Source: Candidatus Omnitrophota bacterium
Lineage (GTDB): Bacteria > Omnitrophota > Gorgyraeia > Gygaellales > Profunditerraquicolaceae
Assembly: GCA_028716965.1 (NCBI GenBank)
Contig: JAQUOV010000004.1
Coordinates: forward strand, 8,377 to 72,376
Reading direction: 5' to 3'
Length of the DNA stretch: 64,000 nucleotides
Of the stretch, positions 18,711 through 27,928 are shown piece after piece. Under the pieces are notes generated by a model. The model was not told where the DNA came from. It saw only the letters and a program-made list of their open reading frames with translations, and did not search any database. The position numbers and the translations under genes are program-made. Positions within the stretch are counted from its first letter, which is position 1. Each line of letters starts with the position of its first letter.

Positions 18711-19011
18711 ACCCCGCACCTTCTTTAAATTCAATAATGTACCATGCGTATCTTCTTAAAAGTAAAAAGAATGATACTTTTTATATTGGATATACAAATA
18801 ATATTGAAAGAAGGTTAAAAGATCATAGCTCCGGGATAGTTGAATATGCAGGGAAATATGTGCCTTGGGAAATAGTGTATTATGAAAGCTCTATTTCCTT
18901 GGTTGATGCTAATCAAAGGGAGAGATCTCTTAAATCTTTTGGGAGGGCATATTCAGGTTTAAAACTTAGAATTAAAAATAGCTTGAATAAGAAAGAAGGT
19001 GCGGGGTGAAG
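18704..19011 (+). mobile_element. Family A full-length element: TIR-flanked YhbQ-like GIY-YIG cassette (putative autonomous copy)
   Basis: Left end ATATGAACCCCGCACCTTCTTTAAATTCAA and right end TTGAATAAGAAAGAAGGTGCGGGGTGAAG are inverted complements (16-bp perfect core ACCCCGCACCTTCTTT). The ends enclose a 100-codon GIY-YIG ORF. Confidence 0.75.
18707..19009 (+). CDS. GIY-YIG nuclease superfamily protein (UPF0213/YhbQ-like)
   Basis: 100 aa. [32 protein letters not shown] matches the GIY-(x10)-YIG plus conserved R/H catalytic region of YhbQ-like proteins. Conserved EGAG near the C-terminus as in E. coli YhbQ. ATG overlaps upstream TGA (ATGA); its TGA overlaps the nrdR GTG (GTGA). Confidence 0.8.
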   Translation: MNPAPSLNSIMYHAYLLKSKKNDTFYIGYTNNIERRLKDHSSGIVEYAGKYVPWEIVYYESSISLVDANQRERSLKSFGRAYSGLKLRIKNSLNKKEGAG

Positions 19012-19473
19012 TGTCCGTTTTGCGGATATAAAGAGGATAAGGTCGTGGACTCCCGCGCTACAGCCGAAGAATCGGCAGTCAGGCGCAGAAGGGAATGCCT
19101 GAAATGCGGCAAGCGTTTCACTACTTATGAGTATGTTGAAGAGGTCTCTTTGTTAGTGATCAAGAAAGACGGCCGCAGGGAGGCCTTTGACCGTAAAAAG
19201 ATCTTAGCCGGTATAATCCGCGCCTGCGAAAAGCGTCCGGTGAGCGTGGAAAAGATGGAAGGGGTAGTTGTCCAGGTTGAGCATGCCATCCAGAAGAAAA
19301 GTGACCGCGAGGTTTTGTCCAGCAGGATAGGGGAGCTGGTTATGGAGAAGCTTAAGCAGATTGATGATGTTGCTTATGTGCGCTTTGCCTCGGTCTATAG
19401 GCAGTTTAAGGACGTGGGGCAGTTTATGGTGGAGTTGAGGGATATTTTGGGCAAAGATAAGAAGAAGAAATAG
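19006..19473 (+). CDS. nrdR: Transcriptional repressor NrdR
   Basis: 155 aa. N-terminal zinc ribbon MKCPFCG...CLKCGKRFTTYE plus ATP-cone; GTG start supplied by the element A2 right arm. Confidence 0.9.
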   Translation: MKCPFCGYKEDKVVDSRATAEESAVRRRRECLKCGKRFTTYEYVEEVSLLVIKKDGRREAFDRKKILAGIIRACEKRPVSVEKMEGVVVQVEHAIQKKSDREVLSSRIGELVMEKLKQIDDVAYVRFASVYRQFKDVGQFMVELRDILGKDKKKK

Positions 19474-19475
19474 GC

Positions 19476-19548
19476 GGTTAGCGGGTCCTGGCGAGGCTTG
19501 TTTTCGCCGCGCACCGCGACTCAAATCAAGCCTCGCCACCCGCTAACT
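19476..19548 (+). repeat. Family B 73-nt nested-hairpin repeat, copy 2 (after nrdR)
   Basis: Outer stem GGTTAGCGGGT/ACCCGCTAAC, second stem GCGAGGCTTG/CAAGCCTCGC, inner CGCGcacCGCG. Same 73-nt length and architecture as 7899-7971, with compensatory substitutions. Confidence 0.7.
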
Positions 19549-19587
19549 ATATTTCTTGTCTTTCCCTAAAACATAGAGGAGCCGGTA

Positions 19588-20001
19588 ATGGTTGAGATGG
19601 AGTTGAATAAGATTGTAATTGACGAGAAACGGCATGACCAGTTGATTGTTTTGAAAGAAAAAGGCGGCACGCGGGTTTTGCCGATCGTCATCGGCCTAAA
19701 TGAGGCCTCGGCCATAAAATTAAAGATCAGCGGGTTCAACCCGCCGCGGCCCCTTACGCACGATTTAATTTATACGATGCTTAAGGATTTAAACGCGGAT
19801 GTGGAGAAGGTGATTATCGATAAGCTGGAAGATACCACCTTTCATGCCAAGATCTTTATTAAAACCGGCAGCGGAGATTCAAGGATCATTGATGCCCGCC
19901 CTTCGGATAGCGTGGCTTTGGCAGTGAGGTTCCATGCTCCGATTTTTGTAGAAGATGAGATCGTCAGGCAGTTTGAGTTGTTTGATAAAGATAAGCAGTA
20001 A
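19588..20001 (+). CDS. Bifunctional nuclease family protein (DUF151/BFN domain)
   Basis: 137 aa. LPIVIGLNEASAI...RPLTHDL pattern typical of the DUF151 family. Confidence 0.75.
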   Translation: MVEMELNKIVIDEKRHDQLIVLKEKGGTRVLPIVIGLNEASAIKLKISGFNPPRPLTHDLIYTMLKDLNADVEKVIIDKLEDTTFHAKIFIKTGSGDSRIIDARPSDSVALAVRFHAPIFVEDEIVRQFELFDKDKQ

Positions 20002-20028
20002 AATACCCCACCTTAAATCTTAACGCTT

Positions 20029-21477
20029 ATGGAGCTTGGATTTAACGAGAAAGATAAAAGTATTTTAAGGCCGGTTTATGATTTTGCCAAAACCAGGAAG
20101 GTAAAATTATACCTTGTGGGCGGGGCGCTGCGCGATTTAATCTTAAGACGCCGGAAGAGTAATCCGGATTTTGATTTTTGCCTGTGCCGCGGGGCGATAA
20201 ATTTCGGCCGTAAGTTAGCCGCGAAACTAAGGGCAGGATTTGTAGTCCTGGATGAGGAGCACGCTGCCTGCCGGCTGGTAAAGAAGATCGGCGATAAGGT
20301 TTATACTTTTGATTTTACGGATTTCCGCGCCAGGACCCTGGAAAAAGACCTTTTGCACCGGGATTTTACCATAAACTCCATGGCCGTGGAGTTTAAAGAT
20401 GTCTTTAGCGGAGAAGATTTAAGCACATTAATTATTGATCCTTATTCCGGCAGGCAGGATATTAAGCGCAAGATCATCCGTGCCTGCGGCAGCAACTCTT
20501 TCAAAGAAGACCCTTTGCGGATCCTGCGCGCTTTTAGCTTTAGCTGTATGCTGGATTTTGCCCTGGATAAAGAAACATTGCGCCTGGCAAAAAAAGATAA
20601 ACATTTGATCAGCGATGTATCAAGCGAGCGCATCCGGGAAGAGTTATTCAAGATCTTTGACAGCCTTACGGCCGGTGCTTCTTTAGCTGTGTTGGACAAG
20701 CTTAAGATTTTAGAGATTATTTTCCCCGAGATAAAGCCCATGCGCGGTATCGGCCAGGGGCCTTATCATCACCTGGACGTCTGGCAGCATACCCTGGAGA
20801 CCTTAAGCCAGTTTGAGTTATTATTGAGCTCCTTTAAACAGAACCCTGAAATAAGCAAGTATCTGGAAGAGGAGGTCGCCGGACAGCGCAAAAGGTCAAG
20901 CCTTTTGAAGCTGGCCTGTATTTTGCACGATGTAGGTAAGCCGAAAGCCTTGCGCAGGGAAAAGGGCAAGATTATCTTCCATGGCCATGAAAGAATAGGC
21001 CTGGGAATAACCCGTATGATTTCCCGCAGGCTGAAGTTATCCAATGACGAAACCCGCTCCCTGGAAAGGATTGTACTCTGGCATTTAAGGCCGGGATACC
21101 TGGCGGACTGCATTCGGCCGACTGAGCGGGCGATCTTCAGGTATTTTCGCGATACCGGGGATGATGCCCTGGCAGTGCTTTTGTTATCGCTGGCTGACCA
21201 GCGTGCTACCAAAGGCCCGCTGACCACAGCGCTTTCGCGCGTACGCCATGAGAAAACAACAAAGGCGTTAATTAAAAGGCTGTTAAAACAAAAAGACGAA
21301 AAGGAATTAACCCGCCTTTTAAACGGCAATGACCTGATGCGTAAATTCAAATTAATGCCTTCGCCGCTGATCGGCAAAGTGCTCGCGGGCCTGGAGGAGG
21401 CGCAGGCCATCGGCAGGATTAAGAATAAAGAGCAGGCTTTTAAACTGGCAGCTTCCATAATTAAACAAAAAAAATGA
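20029..21477 (+). CDS. cca: CCA tRNA nucleotidyltransferase / poly(A) polymerase family with HD domain
   Basis: 482 aa. Pol-beta NTase head motif LVGGALRDLIL. HD motif region ILHDVGKP...HGHE. Confidence 0.85.
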   Translation: MELGFNEKDKSILRPVYDFAKTRKVKLYLVGGALRDLILRRRKSNPDFDFCLCRGAINFGRKLAAKLRAGFVVLDEEHAACRLVKKIGDKVYTFDFTDFRARTLEKDLLHRDFTINSMAVEFKDVFSGEDLSTLIIDPYSGRQDIKRKIIRACGSNSFKEDPLRILRAFSFSCMLDFALDKETLRLAKKDKHLISDVSSERIREELFKIFDSLTAGASLAVLDKLKILEIIFPEIKPMRGIGQGPYHHLDVWQHTLETLSQFELLLSSFKQNPEISKYLEEEVAGQRKRSSLLKLACILHDVGKPKALRREKGKIIFHGHERIGLGITRMISRRLKLSNDETRSLERIVLWHLRPGYLADCIRPTERAIFRYFRDTGDDALAVLLLSLADQRATKGPLTTALSRVRHEKTTKALIKRLLKQKDEKELTRLLNGNDLMRKFKLMPSPLIGKVLAGLEEAQAIGRIKNKEQAFKLAASIIKQKK

Positions 21478-23969
21478 AGAAGTTCATCATAATCGCCTTA
21501 ATCCTGCTTCTGCTTGTTTTTGCGGGGGCCGTGTATCTGAACGCTTTTTTCCTCCCCGGAAAGATAAAATCCATCATTGTCTCCACTTTGGCCCAGAAAA
21601 CAGGCAAGAATGTTACTCTTAGGTCTGTAGAGTTTAATATATTCAAAGGGCTGGTGCTGCGCGACCTGTCCATCTCAGACAACCAGCAGGTAATTGTAAG
21701 CGCCCGCCAGGCAAACTGCGTTATTTTCATCTGGCCTGTCTTTAAAAAGAAGATTATTATCCCCAGTATAAGCCTTAAAAGCCCGTATATATTTTTGGAG
21801 CGCAGAAAGGACGGTTCTTTTAACCTCCAGGATATTTTTGCCTCTGGCCCTGCGCTTGTAAAGTTGCCTGAAGCAAAGGAATCTAAATCAGGGAACTCCC
21901 AATTCAGCGTATCGGTTTACAGGATAAATATATCTTCCGGAACTATTGTTTTCCAGGATGATACCCCGGCAGTTCAGTTCAAGAAAGAGATAAACAATAT
22001 CCAGCTTAGCGTTGGCCTTGCTCTGCCGGTAAGCGTAAAGTTTAATTTTAAAGGGGACCTCGTTAATAACTCCGCGCCTTCTGCCCCTGCCGCCGGCTCT
22101 GTTTATGCCTGGGGAGAATACAGGATTTTAGGCCGAAAGCTATCCGCTAATTTATCGGCCAATAACCTGCTGCCCGCTGATTTCAAGCCTTATTACGGTA
22201 ATCTTGGTTTGGATTTGCTTTCGGGTACAGTTGACGCGCAGGCAAAAATAAATCTTAGGGAACAGGTCTTGCATATTGAGACAACCGCCAAAGCTGCCAA
22301 GCTGATTTTTGCGAAGAATAAGGTCACTGCCAGTTTAAACCTGGGCCTGGAAACCAAGGTCAATTATAACCTGCAGTCTAAAAAGGTTTCTTTTGACGGT
22401 AATTGCGATATCCGGCAGGCCGATATAAGCGGTTTGGATTTCTTCGGGGAACTGAAAAATCTTTATGGAAAAATTTCTTTTAACGAGCGTTCTTTGGTGG
22501 CCCAGGGTTTAAAGGCGGAAGTTTTAGGTATCCCATTTGAGGTTAACCTGGGGATCAAAGATTTTAACACTTGGGCCTTGAATATAAGCACTAATTTGAG
22601 CTTAAGCTTTCTGCCGGAGATCGCAAAGGAGAAATTTAATTTTACAAATGTGAACTCCGCGCTGGGCAAGGCGGAGTTGTTTGTTAAACTGCATCCGGAC
22701 GGAAAAGGCGGCTGGGCAATACAAGGTAAAGTGGATATCGCAGAGGCAGGCCTGAAATTTTCCCGGCAGGACGTGCCGGTAGAGAATATTTTCGCCACCT
22801 TTGAATTCAGCCAGCAGGGATTCAGCTGGTCGGAGACAAGATTTAAATATCAGGGGGTGGATTACCAGAGCAGCGGTGAGCTGTCTGACTTCTCCGCGCC
22901 TAAGGTAAGGATGCAGTTGTCTTCGCGGAGTTTATCCGTGGCCACTGTTTTTGAGATTGTTGGTAAGAAGATCAAGATTACCCAGGCCAAAGGTAAATAC
23001 CTTAATTCCCAGTTTCTCATCAGCGGCGATATTGATAATTCCGATCCTGCCGCACCGCAGGTGGATGTTGACGGAAAAGTTAACCTGGACCTGGGGGATT
23101 TAAGCGCGGCATGGGAGAAGAAATATCCTGCCATAAAGAATATGCAGCCAAAAGGCCAGCTGGATGCGCAGTTTAATCTGAACGGGCGGGTCCATGATAT
23201 CAAGAGTTGTTCTATCCAGGCAAAATTGTCCAGCAATAACATTTCTTTGCATGGTTTAAGCGCAAGCCAGTTCATGCTGGATTACCTGCAAGAGCAGAAG
23301 ATAGCCAGGGTAACTTCAATAGGCGCCGTTTTTTACGACGGGACAATTAACGGCAGCGCATCGCTTAACCTTGATTCGGATAATTTGCCGTATCATATAG
23401 AGCTGGCGGCAGAGGGAGTAAGGCTTGAGAAGCTGAAGCAGGATACATCATCCAGGAATAAAAATATCTCCGGTGTTTTGCGCGGGGAAATTAAACTTAA
23501 CGGTTTCTCCGGGGATTTGAATAAACTTAGCGGCTCGGGTGATTTTTCCGTCAAAGAAGGCAGGCTCTGGGAGTTGAATTTACTCCAGGGAGTGGGAAAG
23601 CTGTTATTTGCCAAGGACCTGGCAAGTATTGAGCTTTCGGAATGCGCATGCGCATTCCTGGTAAAAAGCGGCTTTGCTTATACGGATAACCTGAAGCTAA
23701 AGGGAAATGTCGCCGAACTTGCCGGGCCATTCAAGATCGGTTTTAACGGTTCCCTTGACGCAGCTTTAGAGGTGGATATCTTAAGCGAGATGGTGCCTTT
23801 AAGCGGTACGTTAAAGGATATTACTACCGCATTTATGGGCAAGGTGGGTAAAATCGGCGTAATTAAATTAAGCGGCTCGCTAAGTGAACCAAAATATTCC
23901 TTCCGGCCGGCTGTAACCAATATTATTAAAGGCCTTACCGATGTTTTTTTTGGTAAGAAGCCCCAATAA
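21474..23969 (+). CDS. AsmA-family / DUF748-like large membrane-anchored periplasmic protein
   Basis: 831 aa. N-terminal TM anchor MKKFIIIALILLLLVFAGAVYL, then a long beta-rich repetitive region typical of AsmA/TamB-like outer-membrane biogenesis proteins. Confidence 0.65.
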   Translation: MKKFIIIALILLLLVFAGAVYLNAFFLPGKIKSIIVSTLAQKTGKNVTLRSVEFNIFKGLVLRDLSISDNQQVIVSARQANCVIFIWPVFKKKIIIPSISLKSPYIFLERRKDGSFNLQDIFASGPALVKLPEAKESKSGNSQFSVSVYRINISSGTIVFQDDTPAVQFKKEINNIQLSVGLALPVSVKFNFKGDLVNNSAPSAPAAGSVYAWGEYRILGRKLSANLSANNLLPADFKPYYGNLGLDLLSGTVDAQAKINLREQVLHIETTAKAAKLIFAKNKVTASLNLGLETKVNYNLQSKKVSFDGNCDIRQADISGLDFFGELKNLYGKISFNERSLVAQGLKAEVLGIPFEVNLGIKDFNTWALNISTNLSLSFLPEIAKEKFNFTNVNSALGKAELFVKLHPDGKGGWAIQGKVDIAEAGLKFSRQDVPVENIFATFEFSQQGFSWSETRFKYQGVDYQSSGELSDFSAPKVRMQLSSRSLSVATVFEIVGKKIKITQAKGKYLNSQFLISGDIDNSDPAAPQVDVDGKVNLDLGDLSAAWEKKYPAIKNMQPKGQLDAQFNLNGRVHDIKSCSIQAKLSSNNISLHGLSASQFMLDYLQEQKIARVTSIGAVFYDGTINGSASLNLDSDNLPYHIELAAEGVRLEKLKQDTSSRNKNISGVLRGEIKLNGFSGDLNKLSGSGDFSVKEGRLWELNLLQGVGKLLFAKDLASIELSECACAFLVKSGFAYTDNLKLKGNVAELAGPFKIGFNGSLDAALEVDILSEMVPLSGTLKDITTAFMGKVGKIGVIKLSGSLSEPKYSFRPAVTNIIKGLTDVFFGKKPQ

Positions 23970-24001
23970 TTAGAAAAGAGAGGGGTAGCATCCGGGTATA
24001 A

Positions 24002-24928
24002 ATGCAAGAGTCCAGGTTGATTTTATTCGCGTTGTTTATTGGCTTATTCAGCCAGGCCCATCTTTATGATGTATACGCAGAAGAATCCGGTGCTGCGGTA
24101 AAGTCCGTCTATCGCCAGAAGCTCGGACAGGTTATAGAGGTAAAAAAGGAGGAGCTTCCTTGTGAACTGGACAGCTATGTGCGTTATATGCCCTCACAAC
24201 AGGCCCGTGCCCAATCAGGTAAAGTAGCAGTTACGGATTCAGCCTCCGAATTCAGTTATGATGTCAAAATTTTCGGTAAATTGCCGGTGGAGCTGGCGGT
24301 TGGGTCAAGATATATAGGGATAAACAATACAACTGACATAAAGTTTCCGGCGCGCTTGACCCAGTTATCGGTAGGCGCTGAAACCGTCCTGCCGTTCTTT
24401 TTTAATAAGACTTATTTTGTCCTGGGGTTTGCCCCGTCGTTTTACAGTGATAATTGGAATCTTAATTCTTCCTCTTTCCGCATCCCGCAGCGTTACTTCC
24501 TTATTTATCAGCCGGACCAGAAATGGACTTTTATCTGCGGTGTGGGTGTGTATCCGGATTTTAAGGATGTGGTCATACCGATCCTGGGTTTTATCTATAA
24601 GCCTGACTCCAGGCTTACCTTTAATATTGTCCCCAATAAGCCGGAGATCACTTATGATCTAAGCGATAAATTAACCCTGTTTTTTGAAGGGGAAATATCG
24701 GAAGATGAGTTTGAGGTGGACAAGGATAACCTGAAAAATGTGGTGCTTGAATACAATGAAATGCATTTAGGCGCGGGGGTTAAATACCGGGTCAATAAAT
24801 ATATCCAAAGCTCAATCTCCGCCGGATGCGTATTCAACCGTTCCATTAAATACCGGCACGAGGAGCTGGGCAAGGCAGGAATTAAAAACGGCTTATATAC
24901 TGAATTGCGCCTGGATATATCAATATGA
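24002..24928 (+). CDS. Hypothetical secreted / outer-membrane-like protein
   Basis: 308 aa. Signal peptide. Alternating aromatic/hydrophobic pattern with a C-terminal aromatic residue, suggestive of a beta-barrel; no family assignment. Confidence 0.45.
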   Translation: MQESRLILFALFIGLFSQAHLYDVYAEESGAAVKSVYRQKLGQVIEVKKEELPCELDSYVRYMPSQQARAQSGKVAVTDSASEFSYDVKIFGKLPVELAVGSRYIGINNTTDIKFPARLTQLSVGAETVLPFFFNKTYFVLGFAPSFYSDNWNLNSSSFRIPQRYFLIYQPDQKWTFICGVGVYPDFKDVVIPILGFIYKPDSRLTFNIVPNKPEITYDLSDKLTLFFEGEISEDEFEVDKDNLKNVVLEYNEMHLGAGVKYRVNKYIQSSISAGCVFNRSIKYRHEELGKAGIKNGLYTELRLDISI

Positions 24929-25578
24929 GCGTAAATAAAATATTAAAGACTTTAAGATTAATTGAAGCTCAGGTCAAAGATTATATCATCCCTTCGGTTA
25001 CCCGGGTTTCTAAAAGCAAAGACCCTTACCGCGTCTTAATCTCCTGCCTGCTTTCGCTGCGCACAAAAGACAAAACTACGATTAATGCCAGCCAAAGATT
25101 GTTTAAGGTTGCGGACAGCCCGGAAAGTATGCTAAAATTAACTGTTGGAAAACTCCGGAGGTTGATCTACCCTGTAGGTTTTTACCGCAATAAAAGCAAG
25201 GTAATCTTAAGTTTAAGCAGGAGGTTAATTGAGGAATATTCCGGCAAGGTCCCGGGCTCATTGCATGCCCTTTTAGGGTTAAACGGCGTAGGCAGGAAAA
25301 CAGCTAACCTGGTTTTAGGTTTGGGTTTTGGTATCCCGGCAATCTGCGTGGATACGCATGTGCACAGGATATCAAACCGTCTGGGCTGGGTAAGCACAAA
25401 TAATCCTGAAGAGACAGAACTTGCCCTGCAAAAGATTATTCCCAGGGGGAAGTGGATCAAGTTAAATACCATCCTGGTAAGTTTCGGGCAGAATCTATGT
25501 TTTCCGGTTTCGCCATTTTGCAGCAGGTGCGATGTTTACGGGTTTTGTAAAAGAAGGGGCGTGGGTAAATCGCGTTAA
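24925..25578 (+). CDS. nth: Endonuclease III-like HhH-GPD base-excision glycosylase
   Basis: 217 aa. HhH motif LLGLNGVGRKTANLVL, catalytic region VDTHVHRI, C-terminal 4Fe-4S Cys cluster CxxxxxxCxxCxxxxxC. Confidence 0.8.
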   Translation: MSVNKILKTLRLIEAQVKDYIIPSVTRVSKSKDPYRVLISCLLSLRTKDKTTINASQRLFKVADSPESMLKLTVGKLRRLIYPVGFYRNKSKVILSLSRRLIEEYSGKVPGSLHALLGLNGVGRKTANLVLGLGFGIPAICVDTHVHRISNRLGWVSTNNPEETELALQKIIPRGKWIKLNTILVSFGQNLCFPVSPFCSRCDVYGFCKRRGVGKSR

Positions 25579-25584
25579 CCAAAA

Positions 25585-26319
25585 ATGAGGATGCGCTTGA
25601 TTAAAGAGGGCAGGCTTAGTAAATACAACCCGGTTGCTCTATTGCTGTTTTTCTTAAGTGTACCGGGTTTCATGCCCTGGGCAGCCGCAGACACCATTTA
25701 TTTAAAAAACGGCCGCAGCATTGAAGGGATAGTGAAGAAAGAAAATGCGGATGATATAGAGCTTGAAATCAGCTTTGGCTCAATGAAATTTCCCCAAAAG
25801 CAGATTGACCATATAGTCAGGTCTTCTCCCAGGGAGGCTGAGCTGATCAGGCAGGAGTGGGTTAAGGAAAAAATAAGAGCGCAGGAAAGGGCAAAAGAGG
25901 CGGAGTTAAGAAGGGAGTATGAGCCTAAGGAAGTAAGCGTGGATAAGCAGAGCGGGCATGTAAAGGTGACGACCACCTTGAATAATAAGGCCAAGGCCAA
26001 CCTTATCCTGGACACGGGGGCCTCCTTGGTAATATTATCAAGTAAAATAGCCAATAGCTTAGGGATAAAAGATGATGCCAATAGCCCCAGCGCAGTAGAT
26101 TTGATAATGGCAGACGGCCGCTCGGTTAGGGCAAGGATGGTCACTTTGGATTCTGTTAAGGTCCAGGATTCCGAGGTTAAGGATATTGAGGCGGCGATCA
26201 TGCCTGAAAAGGAGAGTGCCTCTATTCCCGAGGACGGCCTATTGGGTATGTCTTTTTTAAAGAAATTTAACTTTAAAATTGACCAGAAAAACGACAAATT
26301 GATATTGGAGAAATTGTAA
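25585..26319 (+). CDS. Retropepsin-like (clan AA) aspartic protease, secreted
   Basis: 244 aa. Signal peptide, coiled-coil linker, then [13 protein letters not shown] motif (DTG active site) of bacterial retropepsin-like proteases. Confidence 0.7.
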   Translation: MRMRLIKEGRLSKYNPVALLLFFLSVPGFMPWAAADTIYLKNGRSIEGIVKKENADDIELEISFGSMKFPQKQIDHIVRSSPREAELIRQEWVKEKIRAQERAKEAELRREYEPKEVSVDKQSGHVKVTTTLNNKAKANLILDTGASLVILSSKIANSLGIKDDANSPSAVDLIMADGRSVRARMVTLDSVKVQDSEVKDIEAAIMPEKESASIPEDGLLGMSFLKKFNFKIDQKNDKLILEKL

Positions 26320-26320
26320 A

Positions 26321-26737
26321 ATGAAATCCTACACAGGCTACCTTTATTTTAATACTGCTAAAAAACAGGAGTTTATCAATATCACTGACCAGGTGGAAGA
26401 GGCCTTGCGTAAAAGCAAGATCAAAGAAGGGTTGTGTCTGGTTAACTCTATGCATATAACCGCAAGCGTTTTTATCAATGACGATGAAAGCGGGCTGCAT
26501 AAAGATTTCTCCGTCTGGCTTGAGAAGCTGGCGCCGTTTGGGAAAGACAAGTATCAGCATAATTTAACCGGCGAAGACAATGGGGACGCGCATTTGAAGC
26601 GTACGGTTATGGGCAGGGAGGTAGTGGCGGCGGTGACGGAGGGGAAACTGGATTTCGGGCCGTGGGAACAGATCTTTTACGGAGAGTTTGACGGGCAGAG
26701 GAAGAAGAGGGTGTTAATAAAAATAATAGGTGAATAA
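26321..26737 (+). CDS. YjbQ/UPF0047 family protein (secondary thiamine-phosphate synthase-like)
   Basis: 138 aa. ITDQVEEAL...[27 protein letters not shown] matches the YjbQ family. Confidence 0.8.
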   Translation: MKSYTGYLYFNTAKKQEFINITDQVEEALRKSKIKEGLCLVNSMHITASVFINDDESGLHKDFSVWLEKLAPFGKDKYQHNLTGEDNGDAHLKRTVMGREVVAAVTEGKLDFGPWEQIFYGEFDGQRKKRVLIKIIGE

Positions 26738-26921
26738 TTTGCGGCTGCTTTGGTTTGTTTTCTGTATACTGGCCTCGGGGTCCTGCCGCCGAAGTCTCCC
26801 CATTCCTGCGGGCAAGTTTGTCCTCGGAACGGGGATGCCCCTCTTTGGCGTCACCCCTCGGCAGGCAATATGAATCAAGCACCTTTTATTTCTAATATTT
26901 TGATTAATACAGGAGGAATTT

Positions 26922-27851
26922 GTGAGGATAAAGAATACGGAGATTAAGGTTGTGCTGGGGGATATTACGGAGATAAGGGCGGATGCGATTGTGAATGCCG
27001 CTAACAACAAGCTGGTTATGGGCGGGGGAGTAGCCGGGGTAATTAAGAAAAAAGGCGGCAAGGTGATTGAAGAGGAGGCGCTTAAGAAGGGGCCGATAGG
27101 TATCGGAGAGGCGGTTGAGACTTCCGCCGGAGAGCTGGCGGCAAAATATGTGATTCATGCGGCGACCATGGGAATGGATTTTAAAACAGATGAAGTGATG
27201 ATCCGTAATGCCTGCAGGAGTTCCTTAAAGCTGGCCGAAGAATTGAAGATTGGTTCTGTTGTTTTTCCGGCTTTGGGGTGCGGCACAGGAGGCTTTCCGC
27301 TTTTGGCTTGCGCAAAGATTATGGCGCAGGAAGTGCTAAGACACCTGCGGGAAGAAAATACCTGTTTAGATGAGATTGTTTTCTGCCTTTATACTCAAGA
27401 TGCGTTTACGGTTTTTAATAAAGGCGTTTTAGGGTATTTGGAATACGTGACTACAAAGTTATCCTCGGGCCCGTTTGTGACGGTAGATGCGATTATTGAA
27501 TTGCCCGAGGGGATTGTAATTATCCAGCGCAGCAACCCGCCGTTTGGCTGGGCGCTTCCGGGAGGGTTTGTGGATTACGGCGAAAGCCTGGAGCAGGCGG
27601 TAAAAAGAGAGGCTAAAGAAGAAACAAACCTGGATTTAATTAACATCAAGCAATTCCGCACTTATTCAAATCCCAAGCGCGACCCAAGATTCCACACTAT
27701 CGGTACGGTATTCATTGCTAAAGCAAAAGGTAGGCCTAAGGCAGGGGATGACGCGGCAGGTTTAAAAATTATCAAACCTGCCGAGATAGAGAAGCTTGAT
27801 TTTGCTTTTGACCACAAAGACATCCTTCATGATTACCTCAAAACAAAATAG
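26922..27851 (+). CDS. Macro domain (ADP-ribose/O-acetyl-ADP-ribose binding) fused to Nudix hydrolase
   Basis: 309 aa, GTG start after GGAGGA. N-terminal macro motifs [21 protein letters not shown] and HAATMG. C-terminal Nudix box [29 protein letters not shown]. Confidence 0.8.
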   Translation: MRIKNTEIKVVLGDITEIRADAIVNAANNKLVMGGGVAGVIKKKGGKVIEEEALKKGPIGIGEAVETSAGELAAKYVIHAATMGMDFKTDEVMIRNACRSSLKLAEELKIGSVVFPALGCGTGGFPLLACAKIMAQEVLRHLREENTCLDEIVFCLYTQDAFTVFNKGVLGYLEYVTTKLSSGPFVTVDAIIELPEGIVIIQRSNPPFGWALPGGFVDYGESLEQAVKREAKEETNLDLINIKQFRTYSNPKRDPRFHTIGTVFIAKAKGRPKAGDDAAGLKIIKPAEIEKLDFAFDHKDILHDYLKTK

Positions 27852-27923
27852 GGACGTTTCTTGACCCAATCGGAGAAGTGTCCCCATAGGGGACACTTCT
27901 CCCTTTAGCTTGAGAAACGTCCC
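27851..27923. terminator. Family E 73-nt palindromic hairpin between convergent genes (likely bidirectional terminator), copy 1
   Basis: GGGACGTTTCTTGACCCAATCGGAGAAGTGTCCCC pairs with GGGGACACTTCTCCCTTTAGCTTGAGAAACGTCCC. Located between the Macro-Nudix stop (27851) and the helicase stop (27929). Confidence 0.6.
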
Positions 27924-27928
27924 TAATA

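Noticed and set aside
26750-26947. 65-aa + strand ORF within the GC-rich leader of the Macro-Nudix gene
   Set aside because: It overlaps the better-supported GTG start at 26922 in another frame. No RBS, proline/glycine-rich translation.
7899-27923. 73-nt elements (families B and E) considered as tRNA genes because of their tRNA-like length
   Set aside because: They fold as a single long hairpin, not a cloverleaf. No T-loop GTTCRANYC or D-loop consensus, no anticodon arm.
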